From assembly GCA_028023455.1 (NCBI GenBank), contig JAQFVV010000003.1, positions 11,656,001-11,720,000 of the forward strand: a stretch of DNA of 64,000 nt. The letters run 5' to 3'. Shown here piece after piece: positions 1 through 13,750 of the stretch (position 1 is the first letter of the stretch; each line of letters starts with the position of its first letter). The position numbers were made by a program, and so were the translations under genes. Source of the stretch: Epiperipatus broadwayi (Eukaryota; Animalia; Onychophora). The notes beneath the pieces were generated by a model. It made no database searches. It had not been told where the DNA came from and saw only the letters and a program-made list of their open reading frames with translations.

Positions 1-69
1 ATGCACACACACACCTAGAGGTTGGACAAAATAACTGAAACATATATTTATACTATCTTTTTCAAGCAC

Positions 70-139
70 GGGCGGGGGGGCCCCAAATAAAAAATTAGGG
101 GGGGTGTTATGGGGGGGGGTTGGGGGGGGGGGGGGGGGG
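70..139 (+). repeat. G-tract cluster (potential G-quadruplex)
   Basis: Runs G3, G7, G7, G9 and G18 separated by short linkers in an otherwise very AT-rich background. Confidence 0.6.
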
Positions 140-1316
140 ATATCCTGTTTCCCATAGTAATGGCCTCATGGGAGTATAAATATATGGGGGATATATCACT
201 ATATGACTTTTTTCTTTTACAAACATAACTGCTAAAATATAACCATGAATACTGATAAGAAAGTTGATTCCAATTATATAAACGTGTGAGAAGAAATGTA
301 TGATCTGAGTTTAAAAGAGATCAAATTGTTGATATATGATAAGTTTAAATATTATCAAAACTGGTTGTTTTTTTTAAGATTGTTAGTCTCAGGACTGACG
401 TCTGCATTAACAAAATATGGAAGAATAAAATCTGGAAAAAAAATAAGAACTATGATCAGAAAATTAATGTTTACTGAGAAGAGTTAAAAAGATATTTGGA
501 AAAAAAGTATAAAACCACAATATAATAATCCATGCTGAAGTGAACATATGTCAGAATATCAGTGTTTATTATAATAAATACCAATGACACCCCCCCTCAA
601 AAAAAATATAATGACGAAACTTTAGTGATCAGATAAATCATTAATTATAGTTTTCCCTAGAAAGAATTTATGTATAACTTACCAAGGCAAAACTCTCCAT
701 ACAGTAGTAATCACCAAAATAAGGTTATTGTCAGAATACTTTCCTTTTATTGGAAAACCTGACTTTTAGAACTATCATGATTAAGTAACCAAAAAATAAT
801 ATTTTCTTGGTTCAATTACTACTCTATTGGAAGTGTCAAACAAACTTGTATTTTTGACTATCTTTGGGAATCCAAACAATTTCAAACAACACAATCAATT
901 TCCATCATGTTATTGCTGCCATTTATATAAATAATCATTGCTTTGACAAACATAATAATGATGTTACATATCTTCCATGAACTTATCTGATTCATATGAT
1001 TTAAATATTATTAGGCCTCTAAAGGAATAGACTTCAGAGATTGAATATTTCAATTGTCTTTGGCCAAAATATATAAAACTGATATAAAGAGATAAGAAAA
1101 TTAATAACTTTTACTGATAACTCTTAAAAGTCTCAAGGATTTCTCCATAAGCATGCTTTATATTGATTTAGATATTATCAAAATGCTATATAATTTCATT
1201 CAATGGTTAAAAAAACAAGAAAGAATAGTAGATAATTAGGTAGGTAGGTATAAAAGTAGATAGGTAAATAAGTTAAGAGATAGTACCAGTAGCAGGTAAA
1301 TAGATGAATAAATAAG

Positions 1317-1736
1317 TAACAACAGTTATACACAAGCATAAGAGGTGGTGGTCATGTGATGTTTATTGGCTTAAAACCAATCCTGCCTGAGAGGATAGAG
1401 AACCAAAGACACCATAATGTATGGCTACTGAACTAGTTCAGACCCATATGACTATATAAGCTAATGGACTTGGATTGAAAACATTAAGGTGTTCTCGGTT
1501 TAAGACTCATAGTTTAGTAGTTAAATGGAGATAAAAGATGGTTGCTGGAGGGTTGCATTAGATCCTAAGATCTAGGTGCGGTGCTCTCAGATCCAAGGCT
1601 CCTCACTGATGAAGGCCATAAGTCAGAAACTGGTCTGGGGATATTGGGTGAGTATGCACTAGATGGGGATTTTATGCACAAGCCTTTTGGCATCCATTGA
1701 TTACTCTAGCTTGCTGTGTGTGGCAATTTTATATAG
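1317..1736 (+). mobile_element. Non-coding Penelope pLTR-like / retrozyme-like repeat, copy 1 (solo unit)
   Basis: Reverse complement aligns along its whole length with 17345-17790. Contains a hammerhead core at 1600-1641. Flanked on both sides by degenerate AGAT/AGAC-type simple repeats. Confidence 0.75.
1600..1641 (+). ncRNA. Minimal type I hammerhead ribozyme motif
   Basis: TCCTCA-CTGATGA-aGGCcataaGTCa-GAAAC-tg-GTC-TGGGGA: helix I TCCTCA/TGGGGA, CUGANGA and GAAA cores, GUC cleavage triplet, very short helix III. Confidence 0.7.
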
Positions 1737-2639
1737 AATATCCAGATTATAGAGACAAATACATGATAAATATATACAAAAATAGATAGACAAGCAACTA
1801 GACAGCTAAATAGGCAAATAGATGAACAAATAGACAGTAGATGAGAACTCACAGTAATTAATTGCTTTTGTACTATTAAGTTTTGATTTCACTTAAGCCT
1901 ACACATAATAATTTTGTGAGACTCAGATATCATTAATTATCAGACAAGACAAAGTATTTTGATAACAACTATAGATAGTCCAAAAAATAATTATAATAAT
2001 GCAATATATATATATATACATGTGTGTGTGTTAAATTACAAATATATATTGAAAGAGAAATGGACAAAGTATATAAAATTTAATTACATAGTATGCCCAA
2101 AACTTATGAAATAAAAAAAAACAAGATTGGGAGTGATCGGTACATAATTCCTAGTCTATCTTTGGAACCTACAGTGGCTAGACTAACTGATGTAAAACAT
2201 TATATGTTGTTTGTTTCTTTTCTTGTGTTATCTTCAACTTTTATATATAGAGGTTGTTCTGATCTCTATATATGTCTCTTTTTAATTAACTCATCTAGAG
2301 TATTTGTTTTAATTTAATGAATTTTGAATTCAAACCAAACAAATGATTAAGCTGAATTTAACAAGTCATTTTAACACAGTGGAAATAAAGAAATATATAA
2401 AATATTAATGAGTACAAGTTGTCAATATGCTTTGAGTTAGTGGATTATGAAATAGTATTTGAAAATATAAGCATTTCTACAATAATTAAGGCATTGGCAA
2501 TCAGGATATAGATTCATAATTTTGTCATTATTCCAAAGAATATTTGTCAAAATGCAACAATAGTGATTTTTGTTAATAGAAATATATGACAATGGATAAG
2601 TAGAGAGACAAAGTCATTAAAAAGCCAATAAAAGTATTT

Positions 2640-3720
2640 AGTACAAACAATAAATGCAGTAAAGACATACTCCAATGAATTTAAGCAGATATGAAAATCA
2701 TTTAAAAAAATTGATAGTCTTACGACATGGCTCAAATTTAAAAAACATCAATAAAACATAATTGCCATTGTATTAAAAAATTTTACATATATAACCAGCA
2801 CAAAAAAGCAATAATTCAGTAAAATTTTTACACAACATAACACACATATATATAATTTTTTTTAATGGCTCAATTAGAAACTGAAAATCTGAAATTCTAA
2901 AAAATTATACAAAAAAAAAAAGAATTAATATTCATATGAGAAAATATAATTGTAAAATAGTAAGAAAAGCTATAGAAGAAAGCATCTTAAAACCATAAAA
3001 CAATATCTTGCTTTTTGAAAATAAGTCATTTCAGCAAAAAAAAGAATTATTATTATTATAAAAAAAAGTATGACATCACTGAATGTGTGGAAGAATTCTA
3101 CAAAGAACCATATAATAATAAGAAACAACAACCAAAAAAAAAAAAAAAAGTAATTTCTACATTTATAGCTATCGTCTAAAATTCCAAATTTTTTTTTAAA
3201 AAAAATGAAACATGCAATTCAATCGATGAAGAACAGAAAAGTTCCAGAAATGATGGAATTATTATGAGTATTTTAAAAGAAGCAGATGAAGAAACAAAGA
3301 AATTATTGGTAAAATTATACATTATATATCTAAATAATAACAATGTACTAGATAATTGGAAATTGCAATTGTAATATTGGTATTTTGGAAATTAAAAACT
3401 ATCAATATTCTGTAAAGTCCATACAAGAGCTTTAATAAGATCATTACAAACTTGTCTACAGGAAACTTTGAATTTAAACTAATAGTAAAAAATATACCAG
3501 ACTCAAAAACCTATACAGCACAGAAAATCACATTTAATGTTAAGAGAAGTTACAAAAAAGACCAATGGGTGTGAGCTGCCATTATGCATTGAATTTAAAG
3601 ATTACAAAAACCATTTAATTCATTTACCATTTCAGCAGTGATTAAAGATTAGAAACATCAACATATATCCAAGATATTGTTAAATTCTGGATAGTTTTTT
3701 AAAAAAAAAAAAATGACAAG
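2640..3720 (+). mobile_element. Degenerate RTE-type non-LTR retrotransposon fragment (pre-RT and RT N-terminal part)
   Basis: Frameshifted remnants MRKYNCKIVRKAIEE, a KAPGxDG-like (PGNDGII) motif and LPLCIEFKDYKK; homologous to 37500-38420. Confidence 0.65.
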
Positions 3721-4551
3721 TTGTGATTAGATGATATGGTGTCAGAAAGAAGATTAGATATTGGGGTGATTCTATTTCTCTAAATTGTTTATAGAAGTTT
3801 TATGGAAAGTATATTAACTGTTTCCATAGTAATGGCCAGATAAAGCATAACAATATACTGCTCATCTAAATTTGAGGGTTACCTTTTTCTTTTCTTTTGT
3901 TTTTGCCAAAATCCCAGAAATTTTCAAAAATTTAAAATTTTATGTTTCATGTTCTTGAAGCAGAAAAGTAATCAATATATAGAAACTCTATTTGGTAACC
4001 TTTAATAGACATATATTTTCTCTTTTTCATTAAATTTAATTTAACAACAAAAAAAAAAATTATCTCATAATATTATGAGTAAAGTCTTAGTATTGAAAAT
4101 TAAAACTTTTTAATGCATATATTTAACATATATAATGAGTTATTTATTTATATAGCACTATGTTTGTAAACTGCAGTAATAATTAGAGATCACTGCACTA
4201 TACATGAGCTTTATCAATTTAAACACTTAAAAGCAAAATAAAGTATTTTGAAAAGATAGAATGATACTACTCTACCTTTATAATATATATATATAGAGAG
4301 AGAGAGAAATCTTAAGCATTGGGAAATGAGAGTGTAAAGATATTAAATAATCACTTTCAAATTCCTTTTACTATGTTTTAATGAATAACATTTGAAATTT
4401 TTTTACAAATTACAATATGTCATTATTATATGAAATATTAAACATATATAATGAATTCTTAATTTATTAGCTGAAATAGTAAATATATATAACAAGTTAT
4501 TTATTTATATATTGCTATATTTTTAACCTGTAATAATAATAATTATATAGT

Positions 4552-5373
4552 TGGAATAGCTATTGATTAACATTAAAATGTACATTAAATTAATACTAAA
4601 ATTTGCATCTACTAAAACTATTGTGTAAAACTAATTACATAATAAAGCAAAAATAAATTAAAACATCAATTAATAATGAGAAAGAACAAAAAAAGTAAAA
4701 TCTGATTACATAGGGATTCAATTGGCAATAACTAACTAACAATTGAATTCTAGAAAAATCTGAGGTTTAAAAAACCTTAATAGCTAATAAAAAAAAACTT
4801 TCCATCCAGAAAAAAATAAAACAGATAGATTACTCCAGAAAACAAAAGAGAAAACTATTTAAGCGGGGGGGGAGGCAAGATCTTTTTCCTCCCACCCTCG
4901 TGTGTTTGTGCAACTGGGTTGCATACATTGATGTGAAGTAGGAGAAGAAACCATCAGGGATTTGTTTCCATAACCTGGATCTAGGTTTCTGAAGGCACAC
5001 AAGCTGACTAGGAATCAACAGATTACCCCCATTTTATTATAATTTATATGTGCCTCAAGTGCACACCAAAGTAAAGACCTTTTTAAGAAAATTCGGTAAA
5101 TAATGGCTTTAATTAAGTATTAAATGTATGATTAAGGAAGGGACTAATACTTCCCAGAAAGTATCAAAGGAAGTGCATAAAGTGGAATTGAATTTATATG
5201 TATTCATATTGTAATCTATGTATAACATAATTATATATGTATCTATATTACTAGAATTATATTATTCTGTATTAAAATTATCCTAGAAAATTAATCTGCA
5301 GTGGGCTATTTATTGAAAAGGGAATTAATTTAGAAATCATATTCCTAGTCTTAGTCAGAGGAAGATTAAGACA
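4552..5373 (+). repeat. 5' LTR
   Basis: Colinear with 8310-9146; starts TG, ends ACA. Confidence 0.85.
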
Positions 5374-8309
5374 GCAAAACCTGGAACAGTCATTATTTTG
5401 AACATAGCTAGAGGAAGAATAGTAACAATAAACAAGCTAAATGTTGCTATTTGGACAAACAGCCAAAGATGAGTTTGATGTGGAGAATGCTGCAGAATGG
5501 CCATTGTTTGTAATACAGAAAACTTTTTTACATTGATCAGTATTCAAGACAATAAAAGAAAAATTGCAGCACTTTTGTGTTTCTTGGGAAAAAAGTTATA
5601 GAGATTGTTAATGAGTTTTATGACACACACACAATTTTACCACTGATAGTATAAAGTATAAGGAGCTAGTTAAAAAACTAACAGAATATTTTAATCCTCA
5701 CTCATCCTGTCACATAGCTCATTTAAAACTGATGAATAGAAAACAGTTTCAAAGGAGAATCAATAAAAGATGATAAGTCGGTCCTTAGAGAGCCAATATG
5801 GGGCGCCAGTTATAACGATCCAGATTATGAGACTTAAACATAACCTGCATTACAGGGCGCCATCTAGGCATTTGAACCTAGAAAAATTTATAAAGTAGGC
5901 ATATACGTAAGTCAAAAAAAAAATTATTTTTTTTATTTTAAATATTTTGATATCCGGTCATTAGCCCATTGTCACTAGCTCAATGAAACAGCAGAGATTT
6001 ATATTTTACAATAAATTCTTATCTAAGAATATTTTAAAAAAAGAATAAAATAAGCCATTGCCAGTAATTAACACACAAACATTTATTTACACACATATAT
6101 ATAAAATTTAGCATTATTTTAGAATAACTTTTACTTTGGATTTTAACTTGATTTTAGAATTTAAATTTACATTTTAATTTTTATAATATTATAAGTTTAC
6201 ATTTTAATTTTTTTTTATAAGTTCGCACAGATGTTTTGATGAAAGTTTGTCAAAATGTTAATGCTTATCACCCATTTTGGGTTATTTAAGTGCAATAGAT
6301 TGTTGTTTGTCATATCAACAGCTCCAACACTACTACAGGAATTTGAGGGTGACATACCCTATTTTGATGATATATTAGTAATAGAGTACTTGGAAAAGTT
6401 TACATCAAAAATTAAGAAATATGCAAAATTAAATAATTTTGGAATAAAACTAAATGCCCAAAAATGTGCATGGACACTAAAGAATTGGTTTTACTATGAC
6501 ACATAATCTCTGGCAAAGGGACACATCCTCCACTCATAAAAGTAAAGACCATTGAAAAGATGGAAAAACCAAAGAATGTCAAAGAATTGCAGGTATTTTT
6601 AGGCTTAATTAACTACGAACTGTTCCTATAAAATAAATCAAAAGTAGCAAAACCCCTTTTCAAGTAACTAAAAAAAAAATCAAAAGTGGCCATGATTAAA
6701 AATTCATGATGATGCTTTTAGACTTAAGGCCTATTGTCATCAAAAAAATTATTAGTCCATTTTGACAATAATCTAGAAGTAATTTTAACCGCAGATACCT
6801 CAGAATGGGGGTGCGGGCAGTTCTATGCCATCAATGCTATAATGGAGAATGTCCCATTACCTATGCATCCAGAACCCTCTCCAAAACAAAGAAAAACAGT
6901 CAAATAGATAAAGGCTTATGCTAAGTTGGAGAAATATATGAGTATTATATAATTATCAACTAGTCATAAGAAGGGAAGAGATATAGCATCTGCAAGCATT
7001 GTCCAGAAACCTAAACAGACAAGAACCCCATATGAATGATATAGAGATAAATTAAATAGATACTATGCAGTATGAAATACCCAATAATACAGTGGAAAAA
7101 TGGATGAGGAAAGATAAAGGACATCAGTTTTTTCAGAACTGGGTTAGGAATGGCTGCCAACAAAAAAACCATAATATATGGTATGAGCTTTTTGGACTAA
7201 TAGAATAATAATAATTTATCATTTAGTAAAGGGCATATATTAATGGAGACATGGTAGGTATACCATCAGACAGAAGAAATAAAGTACTAAAGTTATTACA
7301 TGAAGGCTACCCATGAGTAGTGCATGCAAAAGCTTTACATCTGGTGGCCAAGAATAACAGTAGATATAATAGATATAATCTTTAACTTGTTAATCACAGA
7401 GCAACATGAAACTGAAGGAATATACACCCTGGCCTTAAACAAATAAATAGTTGTAGGGATTTCACATGGATCATGCAGGTCCTACTAAAAACAAAATACT
7501 ACTAATACTTGTAGATTAATATTCAAAATGGACACAGTACAACATTGTCAAAAAAATATGAGTGCTAATGAAACAATAAAAATACTCAAAGCGATTTTCT
7601 CATGTCATAGATTACTGGAAGTAATGGTTACTTATAATAGCACTGAATTTCCAGCACATAAGATGGAAGAATATTTTAAAACAATAAAATCAGACACATA
7701 ATATGCACCTCCCTACCACCTAAAATTGAATGGACTCACTGAAAAGGCCATCCAAACAATTAAAAAAGCAATAAGAAAATCTCCAAGTAGCAACATGCAA
7801 GAAGTTTTATATAAAGCAATGCTGCATCAGTGTTCAAAGCCATCAACAATTACAGACAAATTGCCATCATAAGAGAGAAGAAAAAACATTCCAAATTAGT
7901 GAAGAAGTATAGATACATGGTATGCTACAAAAGAAATGGATCGAGGATACAATTATGGGAAGGCCATCCAGACTAATAGTAACAATTCAAAATAGAAATG
8001 GTAAATAATACAAGACACAAACCATGTTCATCATGAATTACAGAAGAAGCATGCTGTATCCAACAATAATAATACCAGATAGTGAAAGAATCAGCAAAAC
8101 AGACCAGAAAACAAGAAAGGGAACAGATAAATACAAAGACCAAAAGACAAGAGAATCTACAACCCCAAGTTCAAAGTGAAACTGAAACAAAAATGGAGAT
8201 CAAATCCAGGGAAAGGCAATGATCACCCAGACCCCAATGAAGTGAATGTAAACCAAAAAAATTACAGGATTATGTATAATTAAAAGAATTTCTGAAGTAA
8301 GGGGAGGAT

Positions 8310-9146
8310 TGGCATATCCATTGATTAACATTAAAATGTACATAAATTAATACTAAAATTTATGTCTACTAAAATTATTGTGTAAAACTAGTTACATAAT
8401 AAAGGAGAAATAAATTAAAACATTAATTAATAATGAGAAAGAATGAAAAAGTAGACTCTGATTACATAATAATTCAATTGGCAATATCTAACTAACAATT
8501 GAATTCTAGAAGGATCTAATGTTTTAAAAAACTTTAATAGCTAATTAAAAAAAACCTTCCACCCAGATAAAGATAAAACAGATAGATTACTCCTGAAAAC
8601 AAAAGAAAACTATTTAAGTAGTGGAAACAAGAAAGCAAGGTCTTTTTTCTCCCTCCCTCATGTGTTTTTGTAACTGGGTTGCATACCGATGTGAAGCAGC
8701 AGTCGAAACCAGTGGGGATTTGTTTCTAGATCCAGGATCTCAGCTCCTGAAAGTACTCAAACTGACTAGGGATCAAACAGATCCTGCCAATCTTATTATA
8801 ATTTATATATGTCTCAAGGACCCACAGAAATAAAAACCTTTGCCAGAAAATTAGGTAAATAATTACTTTAATTAAGCATTAAGTATATGATTAAACAAGG
8901 GACTAATACTTCCCGGAAAGTGTCAAAGAAAGTGTGTAGAGTGGAATTGAATTTATAGGTATTCATATTGTAATCTATGTATAGCATATAACTATATATG
9001 TATCTATATTACTAGAATTATATTGTTCTGTATTAAAATTAGTCTAGAAAACTGATTGACAATGGAGTTATTTACTTTACTGAGAAGGGAAATAATTCTG
9101 AAATCATGTTGCTATTCTTACTCAAGGGAAGGTTAAGATTAAGACA
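8310..9146 (+). repeat. 3' LTR
   Basis: Colinear with 4552-5373; directly preceded by a polypurine tract. Confidence 0.85.
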
Positions 9147-12100
9147 TAGCAATAATTTAAAAACACAATGCTATATAAATAAATAAATCATTATATATGT
9201 TTAATATTTCATCAAATAATGACATTGTAAATTGTAAAAATTTCACATCATTCATTAAAACATAGTAAAAGGAATTGAAAATGATAATTTAATAACTTCA
9301 CACTCTCATTTCCATATGCTTAAGGTTTGCCTTTACATATATGCTTTTGTTAGAGTGGATTCATTCTCTCTGTTCAAAAGACTTTATCTTGTGTTTGGAA
9401 AGAAGAGTATTCAGTAAATATAAAGCACATGTGTGTAGTAGAATGATCTCTAATTATTATTAATGCATATATGTTTCACTTGATGGTATTTCTTTTAAAA
9501 CCATATTCAATTTTCATATTCAATTCAGGAGAAAATATATATATATTGAAATAAAATAGAAAGATAAACAGATGAAGCTGAACAAGAGCACTAGGTGGTT
9601 GAATGGCTTTTTAAAGTCGACAGCAATTAAAATAAAATAAAAAATTAATAAAAAAAAAATTGTAAGATTTTACATTCCCTATACAGTAAGTACACAGACA
9701 TTTTCTAACATGTATATACAGTATGCATATGTGTGATTATTAAAAATGCATATTTTAATATAAATTATTAATTTGCTTGAATTTTGGAATTTGGACCATG
9801 GTTGGTAACTAATTATTATGAATGCAGAGACTTGTGTATTTTATATGTGATATATTGATAACATTTAAGTTATTTAAAATCAATAAAAGACATTATTCAA
9901 AATCTTATTTTTAATAAATTGTTTATTAACCCATAAAGCCAATATATACATTGTCAAGATAATAAAATAAATAACTGGGCTTCCTAACAGGATTTATTGT
10001 TTTAGTAAAAGAAGTATAAATTTAACCTAGTAATTAAGCTTTTACTAAATAAATGATAATATGTCTATATAATTAATGGTATGTTAAGGAATTCACAACA
10101 CAGTGATATACATAATAAAACGTTACATAAATTTTTTATTTAATATTTATTATAAGGTTATTCAAATTTCACCTTTCTTATTTTAAAGTATTTGTCTTTA
10201 ATAGTTATTCATTCATTTTATATTTAATACTATATATCAATCTTCTTTTTAATAACTTTTTCTGTAATCCACTAATCTATACAAATAATTTTCCAAATAA
10301 TAATATACTATATTAATATTTTCAATATAAAAAATATCAATAAATTTATATATTGTTAATGATTTAAAAAATCATGTAACATTCAAATATCAGAAATCAT
10401 AAGATGAACTTTGATCCAGAAACATTTAACTTTCATGTCAATCATTCTTTCATTGTGCTAAACCATCATAAATTATTAAAAACCTTTTATTATTTCCTTA
10501 TTTGCAAACAGAAATATATATATTTAAACATATTAGTAAGTATTTATATGAAACAAAGAAATTAAAATATTTAATTTGACAATCAGCTCAAATCTAATAT
10601 CAAATAAGTCCGTAATGTAACGGTATGAAAAGTAGAGCTGCTTTAATCTAACCTAGAGATGCAGGTAAAGGGGGTTTGAAACTCACCTACTCCTCTGGAT
10701 TGCTACTAAGTGACTTACTCCCCAAACCTCACTAGAATTTATTCTTAATGTATGCCTGGTGGTCAAGAAGAGACAAGACTCTAGGGGAATTTGAGCATGT
10801 ATATAATGATCAGGTTTATTGAAGAAAACAATGCTACAGAGTTTTAATAATAGTGAATTAAATACAAAAAAAAAACTTATTTTACTTTGCAGAGTACAAT
10901 GAATTGATTAGTTGAGCTGCAGGCTATTTCCCTGCAACTATATCCAGATATGAAAGAAATACCCTTTAAAAAAATGACTTCACATTATAAGTTCAGAGCA
11001 TTTCTAGCCAGTGGACAGGTTACATGATTAAAAGAGAGAGATAAATATAATTAACACTATGGTGAGAGTACATGATTCGGATAGCCAGCCAAACTAACTA
11101 ACATATTCTTAGGAAAGCATTAAAAATACCGTCCTCTGCTACTAACAAAAAATTCAATAGTGACCCCTTCCTATGGATATTTTCAGTCTTGATTCAGACA
11201 TTTCAATAATATTCTGCAGAGAAAGTTTTTTAAATAAATATAAAATATTGCAGACTAAGATGACAGAATATTATGGGAAATGATGAGTCCTGAGACACAA
11301 ATGGCTACTAAGAGGCTAACATGAGACTGGATAGCTCTCCACCTCTAAACTTGGTTAGAGAAAAAGGAATTCATTCGCTAACCGTGTGATCTGAATTCAG
11401 GCATGGAGTTTTGTTGCTTATGTCCAGTTCTATATATATGAAAGAGATGAGATCCAATTTTTATTAATCTTCATTGCGATCCCGAGGTGGGTATGTTAGC
11501 TTATGTAAACTTGGTGAGGAAAGTGCCGAAATGTGCAGAGACATGCCCACAGATCATCCAGTACACAATATAATATAAATACGGTCAAACAACCTTTAAA
11601 TTTAAAAGAAAAACCCTAGTTGGTAAACAAATACAAAACATTATGAAAGTCTAACCAGAAAAAAAATCCCTTATAAAATAATTGTTATTTTATTTTCCAA
11701 TACAATTAAATCATTTAGGAAAAGGGGCGGACATGTTAAAAAAATTAGTTAATGTTCAGCCAGCCCACCACAGAGTTAATACAAATCCTTTTCTATACCT
11801 TTAATATCGATAAATATGGGCAACTGTACTCTCTCTTTTACAGCTAGATGAAAAACGAAAGTTTTGTTATTTTACATTCTTAAAAAAATACACATATATG
11901 TTTGTAACCTTTTTTGAATTGAATTAAGGAGAAATATATATGGCAAAGAAATATAGGTAAGGGCCTCTCTTTTTTTTTAACAAAAAAAGACTAAATCAAA
12001 TCTTTCATCATTAAATCTCAAGTCCTACCCCAATTAACTAGAACTTAATATGTGACACTGCATTATTAATCAAAGGGAGGGGGGGAATTTGCACCTTCTG

Positions 12101-12282
12101 TGTTTTTGTTTCTCTTTTTTTTTTGTCCTTAAAATATATACATAAAAAGAAATGCTTAATTATAAGTGTATAATGGTGATCAAGTTTAGTGAGGCATTTT
12201 CACCTAACTTAAGAAGATTCATCGCCATTATACGTATTAAGCCCAATACCAATTACAATATTTTAAAAAAAAAACAATTTAC

Positions 12283-13294
12283 GGTAAAACTGACAGTTAG
12301 TGGCCCCAACATTTCACACTCTATTTTTAAAAAACTGAACTATATTTTTTTCATACTAAGTGTATCAAAAACTACTGTATAAATAAACTATATCTAACTG
12401 TAAATGTTTTTACATGAAGGTTGATAATAAAAATAATAAACTTACATTTTTATGCTTAGTTTTGAGCTATGCACATGAGGAAATTCATGAAAATGGTGTC
12501 ATGTTCATGCATACCCCTAAATGCAAATTCTTGCAGGTAGGATGAATAAAAGAAGTACAATTCATCGATCTCCATTATCCATGGTTCGAACTACATTATT
12601 CTTACTATGTAATTGTAAAGTATATCTAACTATTAATGTATTTTTTACATGAAGGTTAATAAATAAAATTTTAAAAAACTTACATTTTTATGAGCAATTT
12701 TGTGCTAGGTTATGTGTCAAAACTTAACAAATGTCACAAAAGAAGTTCCTGCTGTCAAAATTATGAACTACTTTTGCCACGTGCAATTTTTTGCAGACAG
12801 AATTTCTATCACTTCTTTGGTTCCCCAATATGACATTTTAAATGTTGCAGCTGTTCTGGCAGAAAGCTGGAATACATCTTGCCTGCTTGAACAATTTCAA
12901 ACTCCGGAATAAGAAGTGGGTCATTTTTTTCCCGAAGCCATCTGGCTTTGAACACCATTGTTGATATAACATTTTGTTGGGTGAATAATTTGCCAATGCA
13001 CTTTATCGTACTTCTTTCATCCATCCTACCTGCAAGAATTTGCATTTAGGGATATGCACGAACATGACACCGTTTTCGTGAATTTCCTCATGTGCATAGC
13101 TCAAAACTACGCATAAAAATGTAAGTTTATTTTTTTTATTCTTAACCTTTATGTAAAAACATTTACAGTTAGATATAGTTTATTTATATTTAGAGACACT
13201 TAGTTAGTTAGATACACTTAGTATGAAAAAAATATAGTTCAGTTTTTTAAAAATAGAGGGTGAAATGTTGGGGCCGCTAACAGTCAGTTTTACC
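12283..13294 (-). mobile_element. Non-autonomous DNA transposon, Merlin/IS1016-like
   Basis: ~275-290 bp TIRs (12283-12558 and 13007-13294) starting GGTAAAACTGA; perfect 8-bp TSD CAATTTAC (12275-12282, 13295-13302). GG termini plus an 8-bp TSD fit Merlin. Weak minus-strand remnant HWQIIHPTKCYINNGVQSQ. Confidence 0.75.
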
Positions 13295-13529
13295 CAATTT
13301 ACAAAATGTTTAAATAAAATAAAAAAACAACAACATATATCTAGATTTACTTTGAGAAAAGACAAACACATTTCAAATAAGAGGATAGTTACCGGTAACT
13401 AGAGTGCATGTGTCAAGATAGGTTCAGTTGATGTTGCATGGCAGTTCCTTTTTTTTTATTCATATTTCCATTGAAAGAATTAATTACTACAGGGTAAGCA
13501 TTTGTCAGTCATTTTTCTTGGTTCTTCAG

Positions 13530-13576
13530 CTGGCTTACATCTTTATGACTCCAGTCCCAGAGATGGGAGAGTGAAG
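13530..13576 (+). CDS. Candidate 47-nt internal exon of an unidentified gene
   Basis: Acceptor atttttcttggttcttcAG and donor AAG|GTaaag; one open frame, (x)GLHLYDSSPRDGRVK. Confidence 0.3.
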
Positions 13577-13750
13577 GTAAAGAAAACTACCCCAGCATTT
13601 CTGTAGAGTAACAAAGTTCTGGATTTGAATACATGTAGAGCAAATAATCTACAGCAACAGTGAAAAGGCAGCAAGCAGGAATTCAATGAATTTCTTTTTT
13701 AAAAGAATAATTTTCAACTGATTCTAGAAATTCTTAATATAAGAGTCCTT

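Larger units (their letters stand above)
4552..9146 (+). mobile_element. Degenerate Gypsy/Ty3 LTR retrotransposon with both LTRs
   Basis: Direct repeats 4552-5373 and 8310-9146 (TG...CA, roughly 80% identical by eye). PPT AAGGGGAGGA at 8299-8308. Near-TSD TAGT/TAGC. Internal remnants: gag (YKELVKKLTEYFNP), RT (GLFKCNRLLFVISTAP...YFDDILV, ORF 6255-6506), RNase H, integrase (HMDHAGP, PYHLKLNGLTEKAIQTIKK). Confidence 0.9.
4123..9459. repeat. Foldback-type repeat (arms ~4180-4545 and ~9150-9459) split by an LTR element
   Basis: 9150-9459 is the reverse complement of ~4180-4520. The structure is bracketed by a 13-bp direct repeat TTAATGCATATAT (4110-4122, 9460-9472). The same family occurs at 63090-64000. 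Confidence 0.65.

Noticed and set aside
11279-11312. Hammerhead-like ATGATGA-GTC-CTGA-GAC-ACAAA
   Set aside because: C3 and the GAAA core are altered and I found no helix I partner.
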